From contig OZ242326.1 of assembly GCA_965208325.1 (NCBI GenBank), positions 3,904,001 through 3,968,000 on the forward strand: 64,000 nt of DNA, read 5' to 3'. A program made the position numbers and the translations under genes. The number at the start of each line of letters is the position of its first letter. Within the stretch, counting starts at the first letter, position 1. The notes beneath the pieces were generated by a model. The model was not told where the DNA came from, did no database searches, and saw nothing but the letters and a program-made list of their open reading frames with translations. This stretch comes from Candidatus Poribacteria bacterium. GTDB taxonomy: Bacteria > Poribacteria > WGA-4E > PCPOR2b. Of this stretch, positions 50,797 through 61,069 are shown one piece after another.

Positions 50797-52952
50797 GCGT
50801 GATGAGACATGATAATCGAGCAAATCGGTGGGTGTTGAATACGGCGGCGTTTGTAATCTTTTTGCCGGTGCTGCTACATCCGGAATTAAACTTGTCCATC
50901 ACACCGGGTTACATTAAGTCGTTAATTGAGGGCGGACATTGGATGGGTCTATCATTGGCTGTCGTCATCATTATTCTCTATTTGGCAACAATCATCTTCG
51001 TGATTTGGAAAGGCCGCCTGCGCCTAGCGCTTCTTACCGCGTTCACCGCTATTTGTGTGCTCGCAGGTTCGTTCTTGGTGCATTTAGATAGAGGTGCCGA
51101 TTTTCCGCGTCAACTCGAATTATTTGAAAGTACAGCTGGAATCGACGTTTATTGCAATGATGTGTATCTAGGAAAATCACCTCTCCGGTTATCGGAATCC
51201 AGATTTCACGAGAAGGTGAAACCGTGGGATACACCGCCCCGTCAAAAGACGGTAATTGGAGAGACACTGCTTGAGAAGGTGAAATCAAAACGTTACGAAT
51301 CTGAGCTAGGATGGTTCTTCATTCCTTACGACTATTTCGACCAACCCTACGAATTCAGTAGTCCGAGGTCCTTCAGTTATGACAAGGCGGTGAAATCCGG
51401 CTACTGGTGGCGTTTCGAGAGAGACGGATGCACAGGGTTCGCTAAAATTGGGGATATGGTCTGGTTTGCTCATGGCTTTAGACAATATTTTAGCATCTGG
51501 TCATCTCCGGCGTTGCAATACCCCGCCCTCGATCCGTATCTGAAACATCTGCTGCACGACTTGGCACGGTTAAACTACCAGCCTTCCCTCGAATGGATAA
51601 GGCACGTCGCCGAATCTTCAGGTCTACTATTTCAACATCTGTACGAGGCGGGTCAACGCGATTCACGTGTAATGCGAGCGCTTGACGCGGTAGTTCGTGC
51701 GGAGTTCGGTATACACGACGGAATGCTCGCTCACGAGTGGGAGGAGGTCTTGAATAAGATCATGTTAAGAGTAAGGCAGCGGCATGCGTTTCGGACGCCC
51801 TCACTGGAGTCCATGGCGATGGACCTAATCGTACAAGGCAACACGAAACTGATTGAAACCCATTTTTTCGAACGGCTATCCCCGAGTACTTGGGAGCACG
51901 TTGCCTTGAAGAGTCAGCCGCCGGCACTGTTCAAACGATTCGTTTACGATTCCCGAAACGGCGGGCAGTTTTTGGTCATGGCAGGCAACTATTCGCGTCC
52001 GGAAGCCTTGCGGCTTGTCAGACGGTATTTTCGCGATGTCAATATCGATCAACCGGCTAAGGGCTTCGCCGGTACTGCAAATCTCAGACAGCGCCAGTCT
52101 GAGGCACTGATCACCGCCGTGCAGTTGCAGAATCCGCTTGTTGAACCAGAGCTACGTGATTTTGTTCTGAATCTCGTGAAGGCTCATCCGAATGAGTTTG
52201 ACCACGAACTCCGGATGTTTATTGATGCGAGATTGAAACGCCTTCTGGCCGATGGGGAGGCAGATTCACTCGCCGAGTGGGTGGCTGAAGCGGTCCCACT
52301 TGCTGAAGACGAAAAACTAAAATTCTTGGTTCGTCTTAATTCCACCCGCACACAGCGATATGTCCGGGATATCCTCCGCCGCCATCCGTCCTACCAAGAG
52401 ACAGTTTTACAGACTCTGACAGAATACGCAAACCCATCGTTGGATCGTTTTCTTATCGAAACATTACAAGCTGCTTCGGAGGTTTCCGCGATTAACGCCC
52501 CTCCCTCATTGCTTCGCGCCATGATACTCTGCAGTACACCGCGCATGCATGCATTCTTGGATGAAATGTGGAATGCCAATGACATCAACAGGATTACTCT
52601 GTTATCGGCTATGAAGCATGACGAACCGAATTACTTTCCTCAGCTGCATCGGTGGATAGCGCCTATCTCGCAAATCGAGGATGCCGGCATACGCCTCGCT
52701 GCGATTCCGGTGCTCGACCAAATTGACACGCCGGAATCGTCGGAAATCTTGGGCAATTGGGCGTTAAGTTCAGATGCGGCGGTCAAACGTGAGGCGGAAC
52801 GGGCACTTGAAAATTACCGCAATCGAAGCCGTCTGGCAAGGGAGCTTCTGGCGGAAAACGTCAAACCGGACGATCTGCTAACCGGTCAAACAGCGTACGT
52901 TTGGAATGGGAGGAATTATGTGCCGGAGGCGGCAGTTTCGGAAAGTAAATGA
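50793..52952 (+). CDS. Large membrane-anchored protein with a helical (HEAT-like) C-terminus
   Basis: 3 N-terminal TMs, V.CN.VYLGKSPL segment, C-terminal IR.AAI..L...VK.EA..AL. ATGA-coupled to the permease. Confidence 0.75.
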   Translation: MSVMRHDNRANRWVLNTAAFVIFLPVLLHPELNLSITPGYIKSLIEGGHWMGLSLAVVIIILYLATIIFVIWKGRLRLALLTAFTAICVLAGSFLVHLDRGADFPRQLELFESTAGIDVYCNDVYLGKSPLRLSESRFHEKVKPWDTPPRQKTVIGETLLEKVKSKRYESELGWFFIPYDYFDQPYEFSSPRSFSYDKAVKSGYWWRFERDGCTGFAKIGDMVWFAHGFRQYFSIWSSPALQYPALDPYLKHLLHDLARLNYQPSLEWIRHVAESSGLLFQHLYEAGQRDSRVMRALDAVVRAEFGIHDGMLAHEWEEVLNKIMLRVRQRHAFRTPSLESMAMDLIVQGNTKLIETHFFERLSPSTWEHVALKSQPPALFKRFVYDSRNGGQFLVMAGNYSRPEALRLVRRYFRDVNIDQPAKGFAGTANLRQRQSEALITAVQLQNPLVEPELRDFVLNLVKAHPNEFDHELRMFIDARLKRLLADGEADSLAEWVAEAVPLAEDEKLKFLVRLNSTRTQRYVRDILRRHPSYQETVLQTLTEYANPSLDRFLIETLQAASEVSAINAPPSLLRAMILCSTPRMHAFLDEMWNANDINRITLLSAMKHDEPNYFPQLHRWIAPISQIEDAGIRLAAIPVLDQIDTPESSEILGNWALSSDAAVKREAERALENYRNRSRLARELLAENVKPDDLLTGQTAYVWNGRNYVPEAAVSESK

Positions 52953-53066
52953 GAGAGTCCCATAACTCTTGTCTGAATCAAAGATTTAGTGTATGCCGAA
53001 AAGAACGCGAATCGGATTCATCCATGACTTTCACTGGTGTCGCAATACCCCGCTACAGCATCTAGA

Positions 53067-53093
53067 AACCGAGATTTTGGCAAAAACTCGGTT
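53067..53093. terminator. Inverted repeat between convergent genes (terminator or REP-like)
   Basis: AACCGAG-attttggcaaaaa-CTCGGTT. Confidence 0.45.
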
Positions 53094-53120
53094 ACTTGCC
53101 GCCATGACTGGTAACTGCCC

Positions 53121-54176
53121 TCAAAGACATTGAACGTTTACTACAGCGGCTTCGTCAATTGAGATGCGGCGCGAGGCAGAATTGATTCGAACCTGTAATC
53201 CATAAGGGATAACAAACACGGGGTCAGTATGTCCAAAGTCCATATTGGTGACAATTGGCAACTCATCTAACCCATGCTCTACTCTGACCGCGTTGCAAAT
53301 TGCATCGTCGTAGCTTTGAAATAACTCTGGTGAAATCAGTCCGCCGGGTCTCCCGAATAAGATACCGCCCAGCTTTTCAAGAACGCCCATCGCCGCAAGA
53401 GATCGAATGAACTCAGTAATCCGAGACGGTGGCGGCGTTTCTTCGGATGTTTCGAGGAAAAGAACTGCGCCGATAAGCGATTCTAGCGGCGGCCAATACG
53501 GCGAGCCGCGAAGCCAGTCCAAGACTTCAAGGCACCCGCCAAACAATCTCCCTTTGACCTCACCGTAATCTTGGTGAAATTCCCAACCTGTAGATGGGTT
53601 CAGTTTTCGTTTTATAGACTGATTTTCCGGGGCTGACCAGTCCAAATGCTCGACAGTCCATCCCGTCTGGTTCGGTTCGATAAGCCCAATCGGTTGCGCC
53701 GAAAAAATTGACTTGCGGACTGAATCAATGGTATAAGGAAACATCCCCCCGTTTTCGGCGAATCCGGTCATTAACGCGGGGCCGTAGAATGAAACAAGCC
53801 CCGCCTTAAAACAGGCAGCGTGCGAGATAGTTGTGTCTGAATAGCCCATAAATACCTTTGGGTTAGCCCGGATTGCGTCCAAATCCAAGTGTGGAAGGAT
53901 GCGGATAGAATCTTCTCCGCCGATAGTAGAGAAGATTCCGTCAATTAAATCATCGGCGAAGGCAACCATCAAATCGTCTGCGCGCGCTTTTGGATTCTTG
54001 GATAGCCAATCGGGGTGACGCAAGGCGTGCTCGGTTTCGATAACAGTTACGCCAAATTCTTCCTCGAATTGCCGCTTCCCAATCTCATAGCGGTATCGGA
54101 ATGTTCCCGGTCCGCCCCAAGACAGTGAAATTGCGGCAACGCGGCTGCCGCTACGCAGCATTTGGGGCTTAATCAT
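53121..54176 (-). CDS. S66 peptidase (LD-carboxypeptidase / MccF-like)
   Basis: RADDL..AF.D, GYSD (Ser), FLETSE (Glu) and DFGHTDP (His). Confidence 0.93.
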   Translation of the reverse strand: MIKPQMLRSGSRVAAISLSWGGPGTFRYRYEIGKRQFEEEFGVTVIETEHALRHPDWLSKNPKARADDLMVAFADDLIDGIFSTIGGEDSIRILPHLDLDAIRANPKVFMGYSDTTISHAACFKAGLVSFYGPALMTGFAENGGMFPYTIDSVRKSIFSAQPIGLIEPNQTGWTVEHLDWSAPENQSIKRKLNPSTGWEFHQDYGEVKGRLFGGCLEVLDWLRGSPYWPPLESLIGAVLFLETSEETPPPSRITEFIRSLAAMGVLEKLGGILFGRPGGLISPELFQSYDDAICNAVRVEHGLDELPIVTNMDFGHTDPVFVIPYGLQVRINSASRRISIDEAAVVNVQCL

Positions 54177-54251
54177 ATCTATCTCTATGTTACCTACACT
54201 TAAATCTTATCGACCTAGTTTGATGTTCCAAAATTATTATGGGTTATCGAG

Positions 54252-55346
54252 TTAGCCAACTTCACTCGGATTCAGTCGCACGGTTCCGGAGCCGCTATCC
54301 AAGTCTAAATCCCCCACGCGGCTTAAACTTTTTGGCTTTCCAAATTGTGTCAGAATGTACAGGAGAATTCCATCCAAGATGAGAACAAAGTAGAAAGTCA
54401 GGAATCGCCAGCCAGCGATGACGATACCGAGAACCTCCTTCGGCAGAACAGATTGAAACAGAAGGTAAAACAGGGTTTCACTGCTACCAATGGCGCCGGG
54501 AGTAGGAACAAACATTGCCAACACGTCAACTAGCCATTGGAGCGCGAAGAAGCGCACAGGTTCAACTGAAAGACCTAAACTCGCCACTAATGCAGCGGCT
54601 ACTGAATACCGGCACGTCCACTGAATTCCCGAAATGCACAAGCACAGCATGAAACGTGATTTGCCCCGCCGACCTATCATTGCATAGACATTTTTAAAAT
54701 CTGACCAGAATTCCAACAACCGCATTCTGAAGCGCTGAAACCCCGGAATTTTACGCAGAAGTTGGCCTTGAACAAGAATGATACCCGTTGCGCCGACCAA
54801 TATGGCGGTGAGAATGACCCACGTCCAATTCAGTGCATGGAGTGGGTTGTGCAGCGCATCAAAAATAGGCATGTCGCTCCACGCTGATGAAATGCCGACG
54901 GCGATCGGGACGCTGATGAGAAAGAAGACTACATCCTCAAATGTCGAAAGTGTCGTCAAGCACGCCGCGGCGCCTGGGCTCAACCTATTCTGGACCAGCA
55001 TTGCAACTTTGAGCGGACCTCCGCCAATGGCTGTGGGCGTAACCGAAGCTACTAATTCTGTGCTGATTGCGACTTTAAAGAATTCGATGGCGCGAATGCG
55101 GTAACCTAGGAATCGCGTCCAGACGGCGCATCGAAGGGTGTGACCAGCCCAAGGGACCAGACTCAACATCGCAGCGAGGATGAGATAGCGAGGGTCAAAA
55201 CGCACCAAGTTTTGGAGTGAGGCTCGGTCAATCGTCCATAGCGAGAATAGAAGATTTCCCGTAACGCCAGTGGCGGCGAGAAGGAAAATCCACCGGAAAA
55301 CCTTGTCAATATTGGGTTGAGGTCGTTGGGGAATCTGTTTTTGCAT
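54252..55346 (-). CDS. Lysylphosphatidylglycerol synthase TM / flippase-like (YbhN) membrane protein
   Basis: TP...GG.P, PTPG..G..E and WRFLTFY motifs. Confidence 0.85.
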   Translation of the reverse strand: MQKQIPQRPQPNIDKVFRWIFLLAATGVTGNLLFSLWTIDRASLQNLVRFDPRYLILAAMLSLVPWAGHTLRCAVWTRFLGYRIRAIEFFKVAISTELVASVTPTAIGGGPLKVAMLVQNRLSPGAAACLTTLSTFEDVVFFLISVPIAVGISSAWSDMPIFDALHNPLHALNWTWVILTAILVGATGIILVQGQLLRKIPGFQRFRMRLLEFWSDFKNVYAMIGRRGKSRFMLCLCISGIQWTCRYSVAAALVASLGLSVEPVRFFALQWLVDVLAMFVPTPGAIGSSETLFYLLFQSVLPKEVLGIVIAGWRFLTFYFVLILDGILLYILTQFGKPKSLSRVGDLDLDSGSGTVRLNPSEVG

Positions 55347-55539
55347 TGATCGAGTTCGCATCCTCAAATACAACACGTAGAATTTATGCGCTTAAAAAAT
55401 TAGTTTTGTACACTGCTGCGGCGCTACCAAACCTAACGATTAAAAATTGTTGCCGGATTCATCAAGCGACAACCGTTGTGTTGGCCGGCGATTCGTTGTC
55501 GAATGGCAAGGTTTTGAAGGTTCAACAGCGTAAATCCCA

Positions 55540-56759
55540 ATACAAACTGGCGTGCCCGCCGCCGTAAGGTGACACTACCCCGCTTCTTGACGTACATCGT
55601 GACCTGTTCGTGCAAGGCACGCTCCATTATGTGCGACTCGTGGCGCAAACCCTCTCCCAACGATCTAAGCTTTGAAACAGTTGCAATCATATTCAACAAA
55701 CTTCCAGGCATGGATGCCGTGCGGCTGACTGGCGGGGCACCGTTTGTTCGACGAGATTTATTAGACATCTTTCCAAAACAATTCCACCGCCCGATAGCCC
55801 CAGCGGGGCGGCAGGTGTAAAACGACTACCCTCACGTTGGGCTAATACGCTGTAGGGGCAACCCTTGTGGTTGCCCGTAACGCTTTGGTTTTGTCAACCA
55901 CATTGAGTTAATTAGGAAAGATGTCTATTGGACAATGCACATCTAGAGCAGGATAGACTTCGTCCATTGGGACGCCACAAACGGGATTCTTACTAATCCA
56001 ATTGTTAAATTCTGCGAAGGTCGCCGACAGGATGTGCCATTGAGTTTGCTCGTTTCGGTGGACTGAATGGGAGAGAAGCATAACACAGTGTGAGGCCATG
56101 ACAAGGGGTGGGATTTCATCGTGGAGACACTCAAGGCCCTTGAGCAACGCCAGCATATACTGCGCCTTAGTCTGTCAGTGAACCATACGATTGTTGATGC
56201 GGAGGGGGTCGAACACTATAAACGGCTGTGCGATTTTCTCAAGCCGTTGGGGATACAGAATAATGTCGTGACGGCATATGACCTCGGCGCGGCTTATTAC
56301 CTGAAAGACGAGATGGACGCTGCGCCGAGACAAGTTGGTCAGTTCACAACCTTCAGCGAATTCCCCGTAGCCCATCTCCATTCTTTATTCGGCGAAATTG
56401 GAAAAGATTTTGCGAATTATCCACTGCTTGATAGGCTTGCCAAACGGTACTTTCCGCTCGGCATCCGCAATCGGTTGCTCCAAGGTGAGGGCGCTCCCAA
56501 TCCCAATTGTGCCGCGCTGAATTCGCAGCTTCGGTTGCTTCCTGACGGGCGCGTGCCGACCTGTCAGTTCAATACAATCAGCGTCGGCAATCTACGGGAG
56601 AGCGATTTCGCCGACCCGTGGCCGAGCGCCAGAATTCAGAAACGACGCGGCTGGGTAGGCAAATGCCCGGAGTGTTGGGCGGAGTGCGAAGTTCTGCCAA
56701 ACGCAATTTACACCGGAGATTTGTTTCAGAATAGCCTCTTCCCGAAAAAGTCGCCTTGA
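55540..56759 (+). pseudogene. Decayed radical SAM/SPASM protein
   Basis: Motifs degraded to CKARSIMC and TGGAP; ~200-bp interruption at ~55770-55975; TGA stops at 56064 and 56091; SPASM-like tail intact. Confidence 0.85.
55852..55876 (+). repeat. GTAG-type REP-like palindrome
   Basis: GTAG-GGGCAAC-ccttgtg-GTTGCCC, 22/25 identical to the reverse complement of 7191-7215. Confidence 0.75.
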
Positions 56760-56851
56760 AAGCGTAAATACCTCATTGCCTTTGGCGTCAACTTGTCCAT
56801 AATCATGGAATAATTGATTTTCGTAACCGGAGTTGGCGTGTCCGTTTTTCA

Positions 56852-57505
56852 CTATTTTAACCCTTCTCTTTTCCACTCTATCTTACTGCTGCACTTTGCG
56901 CACTGTCCGGTTCTCGAACGTCGACTCAGGCGTTGCCGCTTCCATTTTCGGCCGCACTCACACGTTCCGCGCCATAGCGGCGGAGTATGATCGACTTGGT
57001 GGCACCGCTTGGCTGTACATCCAATCCGCCGTGCCGCTGTTTTCCATGTATCATCGTGTCCGTGATTCGGTCCAACAATGGCGTGTGCGATTTCATGTAG
57101 AATCGTATCAACAATGTCTTCTTTTGGTGCTTTCAGGCAGAACGTGACAGAGAGCGTTATCTGCTTTGTCGCGTACCGGCATATACCGCCGCGCACAGGC
57201 GCGAGGTCAAATGCGAACTGCCATCCTGTTTTTAGACCGCTTTTGGCTTCATGTTCTTGGATAAGGCGCACACCCAACATTTCAATTTCGTTGAGCGTCA
57301 TTGCGGAATTGTTTTTAGGTTCTCTGACCGTCAGAGCGTTATATGGCACGTTCCAAAGAGTTTCGCCCTGTGTTGCCACCAGTGCGTGGCGGCGTAACAG
57401 TTTTTGTACGGTGCCTTGCAGAGTGTGAGTCTTATTCGTAAATGACACGTTTGTCCCCGGCGGAAATTTCGCTCCCGCAAAGTCGGCGGTCACTATGCTC
57501 GTCAA
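56852..57505 (-). CDS. SprT-like zinc metalloprotease domain protein
   Basis: G.C.Y...I.LS, TILHEIAHA, H...W and C-terminal CxC/CxxC. Confidence 0.88.
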   Translation of the reverse strand: MTSIVTADFAGAKFPPGTNVSFTNKTHTLQGTVQKLLRRHALVATQGETLWNVPYNALTVREPKNNSAMTLNEIEMLGVRLIQEHEAKSGLKTGWQFAFDLAPVRGGICRYATKQITLSVTFCLKAPKEDIVDTILHEIAHAIVGPNHGHDDTWKTAARRIGCTAKRCHQVDHTPPLWRGTCECGRKWKRQRLSRRSRTGQCAKCSSKIEWKREGLK

Positions 57506-57524
57506 TTCTCTGCTCCTTGTCGTG

Positions 57525-60371
57525 CTATTTCACGATAACCAGCCTCCGAGGCGGTGTTGGTTCCCGGGTGATTAGCCGGTAGAAATAAACGCCTGAAGCC
57601 AACCGTTCGCCAAAATCGTTGCGGCCGTCCCAATAGGCAGCGCGTGACCGTCCAATGTAATATCCCGCGGCCTTAAAGCCAAGGTCAAGATGCCGAACAA
57701 TATTTCCCGTTGGGCTATAGATATGGATGGCGGCGTCGGTGCCATTCGCTAACTGGTACGGCATCCACGTTTCCGGATTGAACGGGTTCGGGTAATTGGC
57801 GAGCAGCGCGGTATGCCTCGGCATGATATCGTCTGGTGTCAGTTGTAATTCTGCGAACGCCCGACCGGTGTCCGTCGCGTAAATTTCGTGCCGAAGCGTG
57901 CGAATTAGTTCGCCATTTGTGTCAAATACTTCGACCGTCAGCCTATCGCCGACTGCAGCAACAGTTCGGCGGCTCATGTCTGCCCAGACGGCGTGTGGTT
58001 GGTTCACGTCAACCAATCGGGTGAGTCCGGTACGTTCGTTATGAACAGCGAGTGTAAAAACTTCGACCCCTTCGAACCGGGCGCGAAAAACAAACGCCCA
58101 CACGCCGGCAGTCTGAGCCGGTGTCGGAGCGGATGCGGCTGCCGCCGGAGAGTTTTCCCAGGCGCGTCCGGTGAAGCTAACAATCTTCGATTGGTTAACA
58201 TTGACAATGTAACCTCTCCCGCCTTCAATGGGGAAACCGACGCCGGAGGAATTTGTGGTGAATCCGATGAACCCGCTAACAGATGGATTATACTCAATAA
58301 CGATTGTCGCGTCGAGTTTTTCAATGAAGGAACGCGCGGTGTAAGGTTTATCGGGCATCAAGGGTAAACTAATCATGTTCAAACCCGCACTGAGGTGTAT
58401 GTCGAATGTGGTTGCGGCTTGAGGTGTTAAAATCAGGCTGTCCGTCCGAAAGGCGAGATTCTGAATGCGTTCATCACTTTCAGGACCAACATCGGCAATT
58501 GAAAACGGTGTTTCCGAGTAGTTCGTCGCAAGGTATTCTGCGAGCGCATCCTGCTCCGTACCGGGCGCGGCAAAGGACGCTTGTCCACCTGATTGTTCAT
58601 CCGTCAACACTGTGGGAAGGTCTACACGATTCGATTTTGGAAAATTCGGAAAGGGATAGTCGTCGCCGCCACTCGCAAGGAAATTAAGTGTGACAATGTG
58701 GAATGTTCGTTCTGTATCGCCGACCAACTCACCATTTTGTGCAACGATGTCTGTGGGGTTCCCATTGGCACTTGTGAGCACGAGCGACCTGACTCTTGAA
58801 CCCAACGGCTGCGAGATGTCGAAACTGAAGGCGAGTCCAGCGACTTGGGCGAATTGCCCGGGCGTCGAACCCGGCTGGGACCGAGCGACAGCGTGTTCGA
58901 TAACCGTTAGCAGTTGTGCTGCCGTGAGTGTTAATAGACTCAATTCGTTGTTGAAGCGGAGTGTATTTTCTATGTCAATCTGCGAAATCTGACCGGCTGC
59001 TTTCCCGACCAACGGGTTCCCGGGCGGCGGCAGTGTAACGCCGCCTACGGAGACGCCGATAGGCGCTCGGATGCCCCCGCCGTTTTTCAGTGAAGCAACC
59101 ACCGTGGGGTCAACCTGCCGTGCCGCGTACAGGTTGGCGTCGGCGCTTAAGTTGCCGAGATTCGTTTCTTCAGTGCGTACAGAAGCGCGGTTCCCATTCA
59201 GATAAACGCTCGTGTGTCCAAAAATGTTGCCATCCTTTTCGACAACCACGTTTCGAACCGCTTCGATAATTTCCACGACCTGCGGGGTTGGTGCGGCGTT
59301 GCCGGTATCCACGACACCACGTTGGTCCGCCGCGTAGGCGCCGCTTACCTCAGCGTCAATTGAACTCGGCAACAGTAGACCCGCCTCGTCAAAACCGACA
59401 ACTAACCGACCGACGTACCTATAATTGCCGTCTGTGCCGACAATTGCGACCGGTTGATTTGCTGCGGAACTGGTCAGAATCGGATAGGCGCCGCCGTGGA
59501 CATCGCCGTCTCGCAGTCGATCTGTATCATCTGCCAGAAGAGTGTTAGAACCGCCGGTGATGATGATGTCAACATCGTGCAACCGGCCTGCCATCATCTC
59601 ATCAAGGCGAATTTGCTGCAGATGGCTAGCGATTATGACCTTGTTTACTCCGGTTGCCGTCAACTCATCAACAGATTCTTGGACGATTGCCGCCAATGCC
59701 GCAATGTTATCCGGATCTTCGGGTGAAATCCCGACGTTTCCCGGTGAAGAAATGCTGGCGACCCGTGGCGTAGTGACACCTACAACGCCAATCTTTTCGC
59801 CCGATTGCGTCGTAATTACTGCACTCTTACTGATACTGTTCGGAATAGTGCTTGCCTCCTGGCCGGCATCAACAACAAGATCGGCAAGGTTGCTATCAAG
59901 ACTGAAATCCAAGTTTGCGCTCAGAATCGGGAATGCAGTGCCGACGTATCCTCTGCCATCGTTCCGAATCAACCCTGCCAGTGTTCCCGTGCCCGCGTCA
60001 AATTCGTGATTGCCGAGTGCGGACGCCATAAAGCCCATGGCATTGAGAATCAGAATATCCGCGCGTCCTGATCCTTCACGCCCCAAAACACTGCGAAGGC
60101 TTCGATCGTTACCTGCTGCGAAAAACGGTCCAGGGATGTAGCTATCGCCGGCTCCAATAATAACAGTATTTTCAAACTCGGCGCTGAGTGCGTTGAGCAC
60201 TGATGAAAACCGAGGGGCATTGTCGAGCGCTTCAATACCGCCTTCCATGTCTGCCGCGTGAAGCAGTTGAAGTGTGAAGTTTTGAGAGAAGGCAGGCCTG
60301 AAGATGCCTAAAATTAAGACAATAAGAACAATGAAAACAGAACTTGAAAAGAGGCGTCTCTTGCTATACAT
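57525..60371 (-). CDS. Secreted 5'-nucleotidase/metallophosphoesterase with C-terminal FlgD-Ig-like sorting-type module
   Basis: Signal peptide; LLHAADMEG, AGD, GNHEFD, ETNLGNL.ADA, NGGGIR and GGD.Y; tail NYPNPFNPETW...WDGRN..GE..ASGVYFY. Confidence 0.92.
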   Translation of the reverse strand: MYSKRRLFSSSVFIVLIVLILGIFRPAFSQNFTLQLLHAADMEGGIEALDNAPRFSSVLNALSAEFENTVIIGAGDSYIPGPFFAAGNDRSLRSVLGREGSGRADILILNAMGFMASALGNHEFDAGTGTLAGLIRNDGRGYVGTAFPILSANLDFSLDSNLADLVVDAGQEASTIPNSISKSAVITTQSGEKIGVVGVTTPRVASISSPGNVGISPEDPDNIAALAAIVQESVDELTATGVNKVIIASHLQQIRLDEMMAGRLHDVDIIITGGSNTLLADDTDRLRDGDVHGGAYPILTSSAANQPVAIVGTDGNYRYVGRLVVGFDEAGLLLPSSIDAEVSGAYAADQRGVVDTGNAAPTPQVVEIIEAVRNVVVEKDGNIFGHTSVYLNGNRASVRTEETNLGNLSADANLYAARQVDPTVVASLKNGGGIRAPIGVSVGGVTLPPPGNPLVGKAAGQISQIDIENTLRFNNELSLLTLTAAQLLTVIEHAVARSQPGSTPGQFAQVAGLAFSFDISQPLGSRVRSLVLTSANGNPTDIVAQNGELVGDTERTFHIVTLNFLASGGDDYPFPNFPKSNRVDLPTVLTDEQSGGQASFAAPGTEQDALAEYLATNYSETPFSIADVGPESDERIQNLAFRTDSLILTPQAATTFDIHLSAGLNMISLPLMPDKPYTARSFIEKLDATIVIEYNPSVSGFIGFTTNSSGVGFPIEGGRGYIVNVNQSKIVSFTGRAWENSPAAAASAPTPAQTAGVWAFVFRARFEGVEVFTLAVHNERTGLTRLVDVNQPHAVWADMSRRTVAAVGDRLTVEVFDTNGELIRTLRHEIYATDTGRAFAELQLTPDDIMPRHTALLANYPNPFNPETWMPYQLANGTDAAIHIYSPTGNIVRHLDLGFKAAGYYIGRSRAAYWDGRNDFGERLASGVYFYRLITREPTPPRRLVIVK

Positions 60372-60500
60372 TAAAGATTCTTCCTTTAGTCATGTTGGAT
60401 TAATTGTAACCTAATACTTCGCGTGGATAAAGGAGGACTTCACAAGCAGGTCCTTTCTCGTTCACGCTTACATCTTTGACCGAAATGGCTTCAACTGAAT

Positions 60501-60857
60501 TTACCCTCGTTGGTCGGTGTGCTTCACCCACGCCAGGGCATCCATGTGACCGCTGTCAACCGTTTCGAGCGGTTGCGGTACGACCCGCCGATTGCGATGC
60601 CACATCAAGCAGAGCCGCGACGCTATTCTGTAGAGCCAGCCGGGGAAATACCGCCAATCCTTGAGCGTGTGAAGTTTTTGGTAGGCTCGGAGAAAGGTGT
60701 CCTGCGTAATGTCTTCGGCGGTGTGGAAATTCCCGGTTTTACGGTAAGCGAGTGCGTGGACTGCGCCTTTGTATTTGTCGACCAGGAACCCGAACGCGGT
60801 ATCATCGCCATCCAAAGTGCGTTGGATGAGTTCGGCATCGCTGTTTGCCATTTTCAT
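60501..60857 (-). pseudogene. Truncated ECF sigma factor (region 2 only)
   Basis: D.ELI...L.GD..AF..LV.KY, AEDITQDTF..AY and GWLYRIA. Stops at aa 118 with no region 4. Confidence 0.75.
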
Positions 60858-61069
60858 CGCTCCCGATGTTGTGCGGCTTTAGGTGGCAAAGACTCCAGCG
60901 TCATTGCCTTCTATCATATAATGATGCACATGGCGGGCAAGAGATCAGATTCGGACGGAATTATTTTTCTGGAATAAGCGGGGGGCGAAATTGTAACGTC
61001 GTTAGCTAGATTAGGGACTGTACGCAATGTATTGATTGTCAGGATATTCGCCTCAAATCAATGGAAAGT

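Noticed and set aside
56064..56093. Two in-frame TGA codons in the radical SAM remnant as possible Sec or recoding
   Set aside because: They fall at expected Gly (SVD-G) and Arg (V-R-G) positions, each one base from GGA or CGA. The gene also has a broken CxxxCxxC and an interruption, so these are nonsense mutations.
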